Shown: positions 39,043 through 49,347 of the stretch, piece after piece | Position numbering within the stretch: the stretch's first letter is position 1 | Layout of the letters: every line of letters starts with the position of its first letter | Sequence record: SRR22947725_6189 | Reading direction: 5' to 3' (one strand) | Length of the DNA: 49,347 nucleotides | Made by a program: the position numbers and the translations under genes | Notes under the pieces: model-generated | Database searches by the model: none | Seen by the model: the letters and a program-made list of their open reading frames with translations, nothing else | Told to the model about the DNA's origin: nothing

Positions 39043-40133
39043 GACAGGCGGCGCCAATCTTGACGGATATCTGAGCCAATTTTGCGCGCTGAGATGAGCT
39101 CAAAGCGCGGAGCCGTATGCAAATGCGACAGGGCCAGATCGCCCAAACCGGCCAGCCCGTCGGCCCCAAGTGCCAAGCCGGCCGTGTAGAGGATCACATC
39201 ATCGACCAATCCGGCCCGCAGTAATGAGGCAGCCAATTGCCCCCCGCCCTCACACAACACCGATGTCAGCCCCTTTTCTCCCAAGGCCTGCATGAGGACT
39301 GACAAATCAAGCTGCCCTTCAGCTGCAAGTGGAACCTGCACGAGCGCGTCGCACTGATTTTGCCAAGCGCCGCGCGCGCGGGCCTGAGGCCCATGACACA
39401 GCCAGAGCGGCGCAACATCGCGACTGGCCTGCAAAGCTGGCGCATCAAAATCCAAATGACGTGAGGCCACAATACGGACGGGCTGCCGATCGAGGCCCAA
39501 ACCGCGCAGGGTGAGGCTCGGATTGTCCGCCCGCGCCGTGCCGCCACCGACCAATACCGCGTCATGACAGGCACGCAAACCATGCACATCGCGCCGCGCC
39601 TCAGCCCCGGTGATCCACTGGCTTTCGCCGCTGGCCGTGGCAATGCGCCCATCCAAAGATGTGGCCAATTTCAACGTTACCCGCGGTCGCCCATACTGCA
39701 ACCGGCTAAAAAATCCGCGATGCGCCAGCAAAGCCTCTTGCGCTTGGCAGCCAGCGCTGACCTCAATTCCTGCCGCTTGGAGCTTAGCAATTCCCTTGCC
39801 GCTGACCCGGGGATCTGGGTCCGAAATCGCCACGACGCAGCGCGCAATCCCTGCGGCAATCAAGGCCTCAGCACAGGGCGGCGTGGCCCCATGATGGGCA
39901 CAGGGTTCTAGGGTGACAAAGACTGTGGACCGCTTCGCCAAGGCACCGGCCTGTGCCAAAGCCATGGTTTCTGCATGAGGTCTGCCGCCTGGCTGGGTCC
40001 AGCCGCGACCGACAATGCGCGCTCCTTGGACAATGACGCATCCCACTGCCGGATTGGGCCAAACACACCCTTGACCGCGCTGGCCCAAACTCAGGGCCAA
40101 CGCCATAAAGCGCGCGTCGCTTGCGGCACTCAC
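39039..40133 (-). CDS. ribD: Bifunctional riboflavin deaminase/reductase
   Basis: PNPAVGC, HAE, TLEPCAH...TPPC, SLDGRIA...GESQWIT and EGGG motifs. Confidence 0.97.
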   Translation of the reverse strand: MSAASDARFMALALSLGQRGQGCVWPNPAVGCVIVQGARIVGRGWTQPGGRPHAETMALAQAGALAKRSTVFVTLEPCAHHGATPPCAEALIAAGIARCVVAISDPDPRVSGKGIAKLQAAGIEVSAGCQAQEALLAHRGFFSRLQYGRPRVTLKLATSLDGRIATASGESQWITGAEARRDVHGLRACHDAVLVGGGTARADNPSLTLRGLGLDRQPVRIVASRHLDFDAPALQASRDVAPLWLCHGPQARARGAWQNQCDALVQVPLAAEGQLDLSVLMQALGEKGLTSVLCEGGGQLAASLLRAGLVDDVILYTAGLALGADGLAGLGDLALSHLHTAPRFELISARKIGSDIRQDWRRLS

Positions 40134-40597
40134 TCCTCAGGCGGCAGGTTTGGCCGCAGCTCGGAGACGAATTTGTCAAAATCATCTGCAGCTTGGAAAT
40201 TCTTATAGACGCTGGCAAAGCGCACAAAGGCGACCGTATCGATCCGCGCCAAAGATTCCATGACAATCTCACCGATGGATGTGGACGGGATATCTGTATC
40301 CCCCATGCTTTCCAGCCGGCGCACGATGCCAGAAATCATTTGATCCATCCGCTCGGGCTCAACCGGGCGTTTTTGCAGCGCAATACGAATGGAGCGCTCA
40401 AGCTTGGTCCGGTCAAAATCTTCTCTGCGACCATTTGATTTGATGACCACCAAATCACGCAATTGCACGCGCTCATAGGTGGTAAACCGCCCGCCACAGG
40501 CCGGGCAAAACCGACGCCGCCGAATGGCGACATGATCCTCGGCTGGGCGCGAGTCTTTTACCTGAGTGTCAACATTTCCACAAAACGGGCAACGCAT
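40130..40597 (-). CDS. nrdR: Transcriptional repressor NrdR
   Basis: MRCPFCG...VKDSR...IRRRR.C..C..RFTTYE zinc ribbon, ATP-cone, and AFVRFASVY. Start ATG 40597. Confidence 0.97.
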   Translation of the reverse strand: MRCPFCGNVDTQVKDSRPAEDHVAIRRRRFCPACGGRFTTYERVQLRDLVVIKSNGRREDFDRTKLERSIRIALQKRPVEPERMDQMISGIVRRLESMGDTDIPSTSIGEIVMESLARIDTVAFVRFASVYKNFQAADDFDKFVSELRPNLPPEE

Positions 40598-40662
40598 GTG
40601 CCATCCCCTCTTAGTTTTCCGGTAGCGCCGAGCGCTTAAACTTCCACAATCCTTATAACATT

Positions 40663-40709
40663 TCACCACGGTTTGGGTAGAGGAGATTTTAACCCACTGC
40701 ATTTTGGGG
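40663..40709 (-). promoter_or_regulatory. Tandem NrdR-box-like sites upstream of nrdR
   Basis: Minus-strand 16-mers CCCCAAAATGCAGTGG (40694-40709) and ACCCAAACCGTGGTGA (40663-40678), 31 bp apart, compared with consensus acaCwAtATaTwGtgt. Confidence 0.5.
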
Positions 40710-40739
40710 TGGCTGCCCCATATTACCACCGCCAGAATG

Positions 40740-40766
40740 AAAAAGGCCCCGCAGAGCGAGGCCTTT
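40740..40766 (-). terminator. Intrinsic terminator of rpoD
   Basis: Minus strand reads GGCCTCGC-TCT-GCGGGGCC followed by TTTTT, about 30 nt after the rpoD stop. Confidence 0.8.
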
Positions 40767-40794
40767 ATCGTAGCATTTTAAATATTGCCCAGAC

Positions 40795-42765
40795 CTATTG
40801 ATCGAGAAAGCTCCGCAATTTACGACTGCGGCTTGGGTGTTTGAGCTTGCGCAGGGCTTTGGCTTCAATCTGGCGAATACGTTCGCGGGTCACGCTGAAT
40901 TGTTGTCCCACTTCTTCCAAAGTGTGATCTGTATTCATCCCGATGCCAAAGCGCATCCGCAGCACCCGCTCTTCGCGTGGCGTCAAACTGGCCAAGACCC
41001 GAGTTGTGGTTTCCTTCAAGTTTTCTTGAATCGCGCTGTCGAGTGGCAAAACAGCGTTTTTATCCTCAATAAAATCACCCAGCTGCGAATCTTCCTCATC
41101 GCCAATTGGCGTCTCCAAGGAAATTGGCTCTTTGGCAATTTTCATGACCTTGCGCACTTTTTCCAAAGGCATTTGCAGCTTGGCTGCCAATTCCTCTGGC
41201 GTGGGTTCACGGCCAATTTCATGCAGCATTTGGCGCCCGGTACGCACCAGCTTGTTGATCGTTTCGATCATATGCACAGGAATACGGATGGTGCGCGCCT
41301 GGTCTGCAATAGAGCGGGTGATCGCTTGGCGGATCCACCATGTGGCGTAGGTGGAGAACTTATAGCCGCGGCGATATTCAAACTTATCGACCGCTTTCAT
41401 GAGGCCAATATTGCCCTCTTGGATCAAATCCAAAAACTGCAGCCCGCGATTTGTGTATTTTTTGGCAATGGAAATCACCAAACGCAGATTGGCCTCAACC
41501 ATTTCTTTCTTGGCCTGACGGGCCTCTTTCTCACCTTTTTGCACCTGTTGCACGATGCGGCGGAATTCAGAGATATCGAGCCCAACATATTGGCCAACCT
41601 GCGCCATCTCTGCGCGGAGCTCTTCAACTTTGTCGACACTACGCTCCATGAACATGGTCCAGCCCCGACCAGTTTTCTCGCCCATATCGGCCAGCCAGTT
41701 GGGATCCAGCTCGCGGCCACGATAGGCATCGATGAACTCTCGGCGGTTGATCCGCGCTTGGTCTGCGAGTTTCACCATGGAGCTGTCAATCGACATCACC
41801 CGGCGATTAATGCCGTAGAGCTGGTCAATCAGCGCCTCAATCCGGTTGTTGTGCAGGTGCAATTCATTCACCAGCTCAACAATTTCAGAGCGGAGCTTTT
41901 GATATTTGGCCTCGGCCCCATCGGAGAAACTCTCATCCTCGTTCAAAGTGGCCGAGATACGCACATCCTGCATCTCGGATAGAAGGATGTAATCAGAGGC
42001 AATCAGGTCCAGCGTCTCCAACACTTTAGGCTTTAGAGCCGCTTCCATAGCGGCCAGCGACAGATTGGCCCCTTCGTCATCGTCGTCATCATCGGCAATA
42101 ATGGGGTTGCCATCCGCATCCAGCTCAGGGCCGGTGCTGGCTGAGCTTTCCGTGGCCACTGGCGCCGCTACAACAGGGGTCTCTTCCTCTTCACCCATGT
42201 GGTGACCAAAGGTGGTTTCCAGATCAATCACATCGCGCAGCAAAATATCTTCACTCAGCAATTCGTCGCGCCAGATGGTGATCGCTTGAAATGTCAATGG
42301 GCTCTCGCAGAGCCCCAAAATCATTGTATTGCGGCCCGCTTCAATCCGCTTGGCAATGGCAATCTCGCCCTCGCGGCTCAAGAGCTCCACCGAGCCCATT
42401 TCACGCAGATACATACGCACCGGATCATCCGTCCGGTCTAGTTTTTCGTTATTGGCCCCAGCTAGCGCCACATCGCGGTTTTGATTGGAAGCCACCAAAT
42501 CGGTGGGACCTTTGTCTTCATCTTCCTCAGATTCATGCTCTTCGGTCACCTGAATGCCCATTTCGGAGAGCATCGACATGACATCTTCGATTTGATCTGA
42601 CGACACCTGATCGGGCGGCAAAACTGTGTTTAGTTGATCATAAGTGATATAGCCCCGTTCTCGCGCATCACCGATCATCTTTTTGACAGCCGTTTGGCTC
42701 ATATCGATCATCGGTTCTTTGGCGTCGGCATCTTGCTTGCGGTCGTCGTTATCCTTGGCGGCCAT
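40795..42765 (-). CDS. rpoD: RNA polymerase primary sigma factor
   Basis: Region 1.1, [41 protein letters not shown] and [16 protein letters not shown]. Confidence 0.99.
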   Translation of the reverse strand: MAAKDNDDRKQDADAKEPMIDMSQTAVKKMIGDARERGYITYDQLNTVLPPDQVSSDQIEDVMSMLSEMGIQVTEEHESEEDEDKGPTDLVASNQNRDVALAGANNEKLDRTDDPVRMYLREMGSVELLSREGEIAIAKRIEAGRNTMILGLCESPLTFQAITIWRDELLSEDILLRDVIDLETTFGHHMGEEEETPVVAAPVATESSASTGPELDADGNPIIADDDDDDEGANLSLAAMEAALKPKVLETLDLIASDYILLSEMQDVRISATLNEDESFSDGAEAKYQKLRSEIVELVNELHLHNNRIEALIDQLYGINRRVMSIDSSMVKLADQARINRREFIDAYRGRELDPNWLADMGEKTGRGWTMFMERSVDKVEELRAEMAQVGQYVGLDISEFRRIVQQVQKGEKEARQAKKEMVEANLRLVISIAKKYTNRGLQFLDLIQEGNIGLMKAVDKFEYRRGYKFSTYATWWIRQAITRSIADQARTIRIPVHMIETINKLVRTGRQMLHEIGREPTPEELAAKLQMPLEKVRKVMKIAKEPISLETPIGDEEDSQLGDFIEDKNAVLPLDSAIQENLKETTTRVLASLTPREERVLRMRFGIGMNTDHTLEEVGQQFSVTRERIRQIEAKALRKLKHPSRSRKLRSFLDQ

Positions 42766-42809
42766 GCGCTGTGGCTCCTTGTCCTTGGGACTCTCACTAA
42801 ACGTAAAAA

Positions 42810-42833
42810 CGAATCAGTTTTGAAACTGATTCG
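42810..42833. repeat. Perfect 11-bp inverted repeat in the dnaG-rpoD spacer, with a GANTC site in each arm
   Basis: CGAATCAGTTT-TG-AAACTGATTCG, followed by TTTTT on the minus strand. Confidence 0.75.
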
Positions 42834-42881
42834 CTTCGCTATTTAGCCTGATTCGCCCCCCAGTTCCCACCCCCACCGAGC

Positions 42882-44828
42882 TTAAGGTCGGTTCGGTTTC
42901 GAATAATTAATCTGCTGCAGCAGATCATCCAATGTATTTTGTTCCTCTAACTTTACTTTCAGACCATTTTTGGCGGTCTTATATTCTGTATTATCTTCCT
43001 GCGCGCCCTGGGTTGTCGCTTGCAAATGTTTGGCCGACTCACTGATCCGCCAGGTCAGCCCCTCATCATCAACATCGGAGACATCCAAAACGGCCTCCGC
43101 CACCTCGCGCCCATGCGCATCTAAAGCAAAAATCTGAGCAAATTCTTGCCGCAGACATGTTATCACAAAAGATACATCGGCGCTGTTGCGCACTGAGGGC
43201 GCAATGCGGACATGGGGAAGCTGCATCAAACTTTCAAGCTGCGGCGGTCCAAAAAATTGCTCCGCCTCCGACCAGAGCAGCTCTGGCGCTCCGGAAAATT
43301 GCAGCAAAAATTGCTGGAGGTCGCGGTGCAGTGGCTTTTCAAACTGCAAATCCTCCAACGCCCCCTCGACCGCAGGCAGAGCTTGCGGGCAGTTGAGCAA
43401 ACTGGCCAAAATGACCGAATGACGCAATAGATGACTGGGTTCAGAGCCATTGGCCAAGGCCGAGCTGCGCGTGCTCGCCTGCGGTGTGATCGGCCTATAG
43501 CCGGTCTGGGCATTGAAGCTGCGCGCCGATTTCGCCACAGCCTTTGGACGGAACAACTGCCAGCGCTTGTCCTTGATCGCCTGGCCATAATGACCGCGAA
43601 TAGAGGGATCTTTGATCAGCTTGAGCTGCTCGCGGAGGGTTTTGTCTAATGCCGCCTTGCGTTCCGGACTGTCAAAATTCTTGCCATAGGTTGCACGCTC
43701 CCACAACAGATCCACCATCGGACGCGCCGCATCCAAAAGCGCCTGCATGGCGCCCGGCCCGCCGGCACGCAGCAAATCATCCGGGTCCTGACCATCAGGC
43801 ATCACCACAAAGCGCAACGACTTCCCAGCCTCTAACAGCGGCAGCGCCAAGTCCATGACGCGCTGTGCGGCGCGAATGCCGGCCGTATCGCCATCAAGAG
43901 CGATGATCGGCTCATCAGAGATACGCCACATCAGCTGCAGCTGCGTCTGCGTTATCGCTGTGCCCAATGGCGCAACGGAGGCGCCAAATCCTGCCTCTGC
44001 CAGGGCGATAACATCCATATAACCCTCAGCGACAATCAAGCTTTGCCCCTTGCCGGAAGCCTCCCGCGCCGGGCCATGATTGTAGAGCGATCGGCCCTTG
44101 TCAAAAAGCTCGGTCTCCGGTGAATTGAGATATTTGGCCTGATCGTTGGGATCCATTGCCCGGCCCCCAAAGCCAATGCAGCGCTTTTGCGGATCACGAA
44201 TTGGAAAAATAATGCGATTGCGAAATGTGTCATAGGGGCGTTTGCCCTTATTGGAGGGTTTGGCCAGCCCTGCCGCTAGGATGAGCTCTTCACTGACAGT
44301 CTTCGCCGTGAGATGATCCCAAAGCCCCTGCCAGGCGTCGGGCGCATAGCCGATCTCAAACCGATCCAATGCCTTTTGTGACAAAGCGCGACCGCTCAAA
44401 TAGGCCCGCGCATCTGCCCCGGCGGAGGTGTTGAGCTGCAATCGAAAAAATTGCAGCGCCTGTTCCATGACCTCGGCCAATTGCGTTCTGCGGTCTGCTT
44501 TTTGCTGGGCCTGCGGGTCGCGCTCGGGCATGGGCATACCAACCTCACCGGCCAAAATCTCCACGGCCTCCATAAAAGAGACATTCTCAGTCTCTTTTAT
44601 AAAGCCCAAAGCATCCCCCTTGGCGTGACAGCCAAAGCAATAATAATATCCTTTTTGATCATCCACATGAAAGCTTGCGGTTTTCTCGTGATGAAACGGG
44701 CAAGGTGCCCACATATCGCCCTTGCCTTGATTGGATTTGCGACTGTCCCACATGACCTTGCGCCCAACGACCTGAGAGATCGAAGCCCGGCTGCGCAATT
44801 CGTCCAAAAATCCCGGTGGTAATGACAT
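42882..44828 (-). CDS. dnaG: DNA primase
   Basis: CPFHHEKTASF...CFGC zinc finger, FRNRIIFPI, KYLNSPET, EGYMDV and DGDTAG (TOPRIM) motifs. Confidence 0.98.
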   Translation of the reverse strand: MSLPPGFLDELRSRASISQVVGRKVMWDSRKSNQGKGDMWAPCPFHHEKTASFHVDDQKGYYYCFGCHAKGDALGFIKETENVSFMEAVEILAGEVGMPMPERDPQAQQKADRRTQLAEVMEQALQFFRLQLNTSAGADARAYLSGRALSQKALDRFEIGYAPDAWQGLWDHLTAKTVSEELILAAGLAKPSNKGKRPYDTFRNRIIFPIRDPQKRCIGFGGRAMDPNDQAKYLNSPETELFDKGRSLYNHGPAREASGKGQSLIVAEGYMDVIALAEAGFGASVAPLGTAITQTQLQLMWRISDEPIIALDGDTAGIRAAQRVMDLALPLLEAGKSLRFVVMPDGQDPDDLLRAGGPGAMQALLDAARPMVDLLWERATYGKNFDSPERKAALDKTLREQLKLIKDPSIRGHYGQAIKDKRWQLFRPKAVAKSARSFNAQTGYRPITPQASTRSSALANGSEPSHLLRHSVILASLLNCPQALPAVEGALEDLQFEKPLHRDLQQFLLQFSGAPELLWSEAEQFFGPPQLESLMQLPHVRIAPSVRNSADVSFVITCLRQEFAQIFALDAHGREVAEAVLDVSDVDDEGLTWRISESAKHLQATTQGAQEDNTEYKTAKNGLKVKLEEQNTLDDLLQQINYSKPNRP

Positions 44829-44836
44829 GAGGTGTT

Positions 44837-45388
44837 CTAAACCAAATGCGCGCGCGCGGCCACTGATTCCATTGCGGTGGTCAAATCATGCAGCAGGGTT
44901 TGTGTCATGGAGCGAAACACCATCACCCGAAACCGCGACTTGCCATGGCAAGAGATCACCGCCTGCATATGCATCAGCGAGCTGCGCTGGCTCATGCCTG
45001 TTTTAAACTGTTTCACCCGCAGATCCAAAGGTGTGAGACGAGCCAAAACATCGCGTACTTCCGCACCATTTAGCTCCAAAACCGTCCAACCATCCCCAAC
45101 ATCGGTCACCGCCGCATGACGGGCCAAGCGGGTCGAGGGCGTGGTTCCCATCACTGCAATATGCGCGTGATCAAACCAAAGCGCATAGACCCCGCCTTTG
45201 CGCTTCAGCTCATTGGGACCGGGCCATTCCAATCCCATTTGCGTGTTGAAAGCCGCGGCCGCCTGAACAGCCTGCCCCCTGTAGGGCGCCAGCAGATGCA
45301 GCGGTGTTTGCACTTCCCGGACCGAAACCGTGCCGATCTCTAAAGGCAGCCCCGCGCCCGCGGGCGATGTTTCATAAAGCTCAACCAC
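44837..45388 (-). CDS. soxG: Sarcosine oxidase subunit gamma
   Basis: AAVTD..DGW..L.L.G...RDVLARL.PLDLR and FRSM motifs. GTG start overlaps the soxA stop. Confidence 0.87.
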   Translation of the reverse strand: MVELYETSPAGAGLPLEIGTVSVREVQTPLHLLAPYRGQAVQAAAAFNTQMGLEWPGPNELKRKGGVYALWFDHAHIAVMGTTPSTRLARHAAVTDVGDGWTVLELNGAEVRDVLARLTPLDLRVKQFKTGMSQRSSLMHMQAVISCHGKSRFRVMVFRSMTQTLLHDLTTAMESVAARAHLV

Positions 45389-48317
45389 GAAGCCGCCCCC
45401 CCTCAGGATCAAAAAATACGGGCGCGCAGACCTCACAGAGCGTTGTAACACCACTCAAATGCTCCACCATCTTGATCTGCTGGCCATGGCGATTGCGCCC
45501 ATCGCGCAGAAACGCCTGTGCAATGACCGACCCTAACGTCGGAGAATAGCACATGGAGGTCACATAGCCCTCATCATTCTCGGAAACGGCCTCCGCCTCA
45601 GGCGCAAAAAGATGCGCGCCAGGGATAATCTGCTTCACCTCACCTATGGGCCGTAAGCCCACGAGCTGATCGCGCTCGGGTCCCACAAGCCCGGGCCGGG
45701 CCGCCATAGTTTTGCCGATACAATCCTTTGCCTCCGACACCATCCGCGCGAGGCCAATGTCAAACGCAGTGGTGCGCCCATGAATTTCCGCATGGGTGAT
45801 AAAGCCCTTTTCAATCCGCAAGACATTGAGCGCTTCGAGACCATAGGCCCCGCCGCCCAGCGCCTCAGCCCGCGCAAGCAGCAGCTGAAAAAGGCTTTCA
45901 CCATAACGCGCAGGCACCGCCAATTCATAGGCATGTTCGCCAGAAAAAGAGATCCGAAACAACCGCGCCGCAATCCCGCCCAATTGCACAGCTTTATAGC
46001 CCATATACGGCAGGGTTTTATTGCTGATCTTGCGATCCAATATGCCGTTGAGCAAGGCGCGCGCCTCTGGACCTGCCACAGCAAATTGCGCCCAATGCTC
46101 TGTAACAGATGTGAAACTCACGTCCAAATCCGGCCGCAGCCCTTGATGAACGAAATCCATATGCCGCATCACCTGTCCAGCCGCGGCGGTGGTCGTGGTC
46201 ATGAGGTAGTGATCCGCGCCAAGTCTGGCGCAAGTGCCATCATCCATCACGTGACCATCTTCGCGCAACATCACCCCATAGCGTACCCGGCCCTGTTTGA
46301 GGCTGGCAAAAGAGTTGGTGTACAGAATATCCAAGAAAGCCGCGGCATCCGGGCCTTGGATATCGATTTTGCCCAGCGTTGAGACATCGCAAATTCCCAC
46401 TGTATTGCGAACCATCTGCACCTCGCGGTCACAGGCTTGCCGCCAATGGGTCTCACCTTCGAGCGGGAAATAGCTGGGCCGATACCACAGGCCCGCCTCA
46501 ACCATCGGCGCGCCACGTTCTCGGCTGATCCGGTCAGAGGTCAACAGCCGTTCTGGCGCAAAGCCTTTTCCATGGCCACCCGCCCCGAGCGCTGCCAGGG
46601 CGACAGGGACATAGGGCGGGCGGAAGGTGGTTGTGCCGGTTTCAGGAATACCTCGGCCGGTGGCATCAGCCAAAACCGCCAGCGCCGCGACATTGGAATT
46701 TTTGCCCTGATCTGTGGCCATGCCTTGCGTGGTATAGCGTTTCATATGTTCGACCGAGCGGAAGTTCTCCTGCACAGCCTGTTTGATATCTTTCACCGTC
46801 ACATCATTTTGAAAATCAAGCCACGCGCGCCCGGTTCCGCCCACATCCCAAAACGGCGTGATCTCATAGGGGGTGGCATCGGCAACAGGCAAGGTGCTCG
46901 GCTTGACCCTTTTGCCCAGCGCCTTGGCCAAAGTGAGCGCCTCCGCCTGCCCCTGCGCCAATGCGCCTTGCGTGCTCATCTCACCGGCAGCAGCGCCCGC
47001 CGCCACCAGCCCGGGAACAGCGCCCGGCTGCGGTGTAAAACTTGCCAAAGCCGGATCCCAAACCGGCCGACCGTTCATGTGACAAGTTAAATGGACCGAC
47101 GGATTCCAGCCGCCCGAAACGCCCAGCGCATCGCAGTCAATCCTTTTGACAGATCCATCGCTTTGCCGAATATCAATGCTTTTCAAACCCAACCGCCCCC
47201 GGCTGCCGGTCACCACTGCGCCAGTATAAAGAGGGTAATCGCCCAAGGATTGCGCCTCGGCGCGGCTGTCAATCATGGCCACAACCTCAACACCCGCCTG
47301 AGCAAAATCTCGCGCCGTGCGATGCGCATCGGCGTTATTGCCAAAGATCGCCACCCTTTGGCCGGGGCTTACCCCAAAGCGGTTGAGGTAGCTGCGCATG
47401 GCGCCTGCTGCCATGATGCCGGGGCGATCATTATTTGCAAAGGCGATTTGCCGCTCCAAAGCACCCGCGCATAGGATCGCACCCTTTGTGTAAATGCGCC
47501 AAAAGCTTTCGCGCGGCAATCCCTCCGGCAGCGCCTCCAGGCCCAGCCCAACACGCTCCAAAGCACCAAAGACCCCTTGGTCATAGGCGCCGGTCACTGT
47601 GGTATTCGCCATGATCCGCACATTCGCAAAACCAGCCAATTCCGCCACTGCCGCCTGCACCCAAGCCGCAGCCGGCATCCCGTCAATATGCTCCATTTCC
47701 GACAAGAGCCGGCCGCCCAACTGGTCATGTTCATCAGCCAGAATTACATCCAAACCCGCCCGTCCGGCCGTCAAAGCCGCCATAAGCCCAGCGGGTCCGG
47801 CGCCGATGATCAAAACATCGCAATGCGCATAGGCTTTTTCATAAAGCTCATGATCGTAACGCTTCGACAAAGCCCCGAGCCCCGCGGCCTGCCGGATGGC
47901 GGGCTCATAGACCCATTCCCAAAATTTACTCGGCCACATGAAGGTTTTGTAATAAAATCCCGCCGACAAAAAGGGTGCCAAAATGTCATTCACCGCTAAA
48001 GCATCAAATTTCAAGGACGGCCAAGCATTTTGCGGCTTGGCCACAAGCCCGTCATAGAGCGGCTGCATTGTGGCGCGGCTGTTCGGCTCGCGGGCGAAAC
48101 CGCGCTCCAATGTCACCAGAGCATTCGGCTCCTCCGACCCGGCCGTCACAATCCCTCTTGGGCGGTGATACTTGAAAGATCGGCCAATAAGCCTTTGGTC
48201 ATTGGCCAAAAGGGCGCTGGCCAAACTGTCGCCCGCAAAGCCCTCAAAGCTCTGACCGCCAAAAGTAAACCTCAGCACGCGATTTCGGTCAATCAATCCT
48301 TTACCGGCCACTCTCAC
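45381..48317 (-). CDS. soxA: Sarcosine oxidase subunit alpha
   Basis: GRSFKYHRPRG, GFYYKTFMWP, GAGPAG, KRYTTQGMATDQGK, DVSTLGKI and LRIEKG motifs. GTG start 48317 overlaps the soxD stop, with AAGGAG upstream. Confidence 0.95.
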   Translation of the reverse strand: MRVAGKGLIDRNRVLRFTFGGQSFEGFAGDSLASALLANDQRLIGRSFKYHRPRGIVTAGSEEPNALVTLERGFAREPNSRATMQPLYDGLVAKPQNAWPSLKFDALAVNDILAPFLSAGFYYKTFMWPSKFWEWVYEPAIRQAAGLGALSKRYDHELYEKAYAHCDVLIIGAGPAGLMAALTAGRAGLDVILADEHDQLGGRLLSEMEHIDGMPAAAWVQAAVAELAGFANVRIMANTTVTGAYDQGVFGALERVGLGLEALPEGLPRESFWRIYTKGAILCAGALERQIAFANNDRPGIMAAGAMRSYLNRFGVSPGQRVAIFGNNADAHRTARDFAQAGVEVVAMIDSRAEAQSLGDYPLYTGAVVTGSRGRLGLKSIDIRQSDGSVKRIDCDALGVSGGWNPSVHLTCHMNGRPVWDPALASFTPQPGAVPGLVAAGAAAGEMSTQGALAQGQAEALTLAKALGKRVKPSTLPVADATPYEITPFWDVGGTGRAWLDFQNDVTVKDIKQAVQENFRSVEHMKRYTTQGMATDQGKNSNVAALAVLADATGRGIPETGTTTFRPPYVPVALAALGAGGHGKGFAPERLLTSDRISRERGAPMVEAGLWYRPSYFPLEGETHWRQACDREVQMVRNTVGICDVSTLGKIDIQGPDAAAFLDILYTNSFASLKQGRVRYGVMLREDGHVMDDGTCARLGADHYLMTTTTAAAGQVMRHMDFVHQGLRPDLDVSFTSVTEHWAQFAVAGPEARALLNGILDRKISNKTLPYMGYKAVQLGGIAARLFRISFSGEHAYELAVPARYGESLFQLLLARAEALGGGAYGLEALNVLRIEKGFITHAEIHGRTTAFDIGLARMVSEAKDCIGKTMAARPGLVGPERDQLVGLRPIGEVKQIIPGAHLFAPEAEAVSENDEGYVTSMCYSPTLGSVIAQAFLRDGRNRHGQQIKMVEHLSGVTTLCEVCAPVFFDPEGGRLRG

Positions 48318-48577
48318 AGCTGATCTCCTTTGACCAAACGCGCCGACAAAACCGCATGTGACACCGTATCTCGGCGCACCGCAAGCCAAGCACCGCAGCC
48401 AAATTCATGATGCCAAAGGTCCTCGGTTGCCCCCGCGGGATTTTCGCGATTGTGCAGATAGTCATCCCAGACCTCCGACCCCGCATCGGGCGCGGGCCGC
48501 GCAAGTGCGGTGGCATGGCCGGAATAATAAAACTCACGCCGATCTCGCATGCCGCAAAGAGGACAGTCTATGCGCAT
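48314..48577 (-). CDS. soxD: Sarcosine oxidase subunit delta
   Basis: CPLCG.R...EF, R.NPAG and W.H..GC..W..V.RDT motifs. AAGGAGG ribosome-binding site. Confidence 0.93.
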   Translation of the reverse strand: MRIDCPLCGMRDRREFYYSGHATALARPAPDAGSEVWDDYLHNRENPAGATEDLWHHEFGCGAWLAVRRDTVSHAVLSARLVKGDQL

Positions 48578-48637
48578 AAGCGGCCTCCTTTGGCGCTGTG
48601 GACAGACACATCATCATCAAAAAACATCTGTGCGATC

Positions 48638-49347
48638 CTAATGCAAATTATGCTGGGCACCGGTGCCCTCTTCATCCATCAAGCCGCGCCCACTGCGGAA
48701 TCTATCCAGGCGGAAGCGCGCAGCGGCGCTATGCGGGCGATCTGTGGCCAAAAGATGCGCAAAACAATAGCCCGAAGCCGGCACAGCCTTAAACCCACCA
48801 TAGCACCAGCCCGCATTCAAATATAAACCCTCAATATGGGTTTTATCGATAATGGGTGAGCCATCGGGGGTCATATCCATGATGCCGCCCCAGCTGCGCA
48901 GCATCCGCGCCTTGCCGATCATCGGCATAAGCGTCATCCCAGCTTCCGCCACATGCTCCACCATTGGCAGATTACCGCGGGCAGCATAGCTGGCATACAT
49001 ATCCAGATCCCCGCCAAAGACCAAACCGCCTTTGTCCGATTGGCTGATATAAAAATGCCCCATGCCGAAGCTGATCACATGATCAATACAGGGTTTCAGC
49101 CCCTCGGTCACAAAAGCCTGCAGCACGTGGCTTTCGATGGGAAGGCGCATGCCCGCCATGGCCGCCACCTGGCTAGAGCGCCCCGCGACCACCATCGCCA
49201 CTTTCTTTGCGCGTATGGCACCGCGGCTGGTTTGTACGCCTTGCACCACCCCCTGCACGATGTCGATGCCCGTCACCTCGCAATTTTGGATCAAATCCAC
49301 ACCAAGCTGATCGGCCCCGCGCGCATAGCCCCAGGCCACCGCATCAT
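48638..49347 (-). CDS. soxB: Sarcosine oxidase subunit beta (3' part; the start lies beyond the window)
   Basis: AWGYARGAD, LPIESHVLQAFVTE, SQSDKGGLV, WGGIMDMTPDGSPII and GWCYGGFKA motifs. Upstream of soxD. Confidence 0.93.
   Translation of the reverse strand, partial: DAVAWGYARGADQLGVDLIQNCEVTGIDIVQGVVQGVQTSRGAIRAKKVAMVVAGRSSQVAAMAGMRLPIESHVLQAFVTEGLKPCIDHVISFGMGHFYISQSDKGGLVFGGDLDMYASYAARGNLPMVEHVAEAGMTLMPMIGKARMLRSWGGIMDMTPDGSPIIDKTHIEGLYLNAGWCYGGFKAVPASGYCFAHLLATDRPHSAAARFRLDRFRSGRGLMDEEGTGAQHNLH

Noticed and set aside
40798..41982. 394-aa plus-strand ORF antisense to rpoD
   Set aside because: It mirrors the rpoD codons, has no recognisable motifs, and is typical of antisense shadow ORFs of conserved genes.
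48578..48637. 60-bp soxB-soxD spacer with GATGATGAT, as a possible small-gene remnant or micro-ORF
   Set aside because: It is too short, and there is no homology evidence I can support from the sequence.
1..49347. tRNA, rRNA, CRISPR, IS elements, integrases, prophage or defence systems
   Set aside because: None recognised. Nearly all sequence is accounted for by housekeeping CDSs, and spacers are at most about 210 bp.

Overview
This is a densely packed core-chromosome segment of a marine Rhodobacterales (roseobacter-type) alphaproteobacterium; the taxon is inferred from gene content, gene order and very short intergenic spacers. Left to right: a partial GcvT-family (dimethylglycine dehydrogenase-like) gene; panC-panB-SH3 protein; rpoH2-coaBC-dut-moeB-dcp (minus strand); cobP-phosphatase-GST-comM; a TauE/TIGR02186 pair; a BMP-family (nucleoside-type) ABC transporter; usp-nifU-GNAT; trpS; a rhomboid-like gene; lpoA-glnD-murJ; rsmI-yraN-gshB; the nrdR-ribD...ribE-ribB-ribH-nusB-esterase cluster interrupted by an opposite-strand kpsS-wza/kpsD-kpsC capsule module; dnaG-rpoD; and soxBDAG. 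I saw no tRNA, rRNA, CRISPR array, IS element or prophage, and I cannot support a wholly new multi-gene system. The best second-look items are: (1) an in-frame TAA that truncates the capsule export lipoprotein; (2) an apparent loss of tsaB between nifU and the RimI-like gene, possibly leaving a chimeric N-terminus; (3) recognisable regulatory sites, namely an Irr/ICE box at nifU, a sigmaE promoter at rpoH2, tandem NrdR-like boxes at nrdR, a GANTC-rich hairpin before rpoD and a 21-bp-spaced repeat before the demethylase; (4) proteins with unusual architecture or missing catalytic residues.
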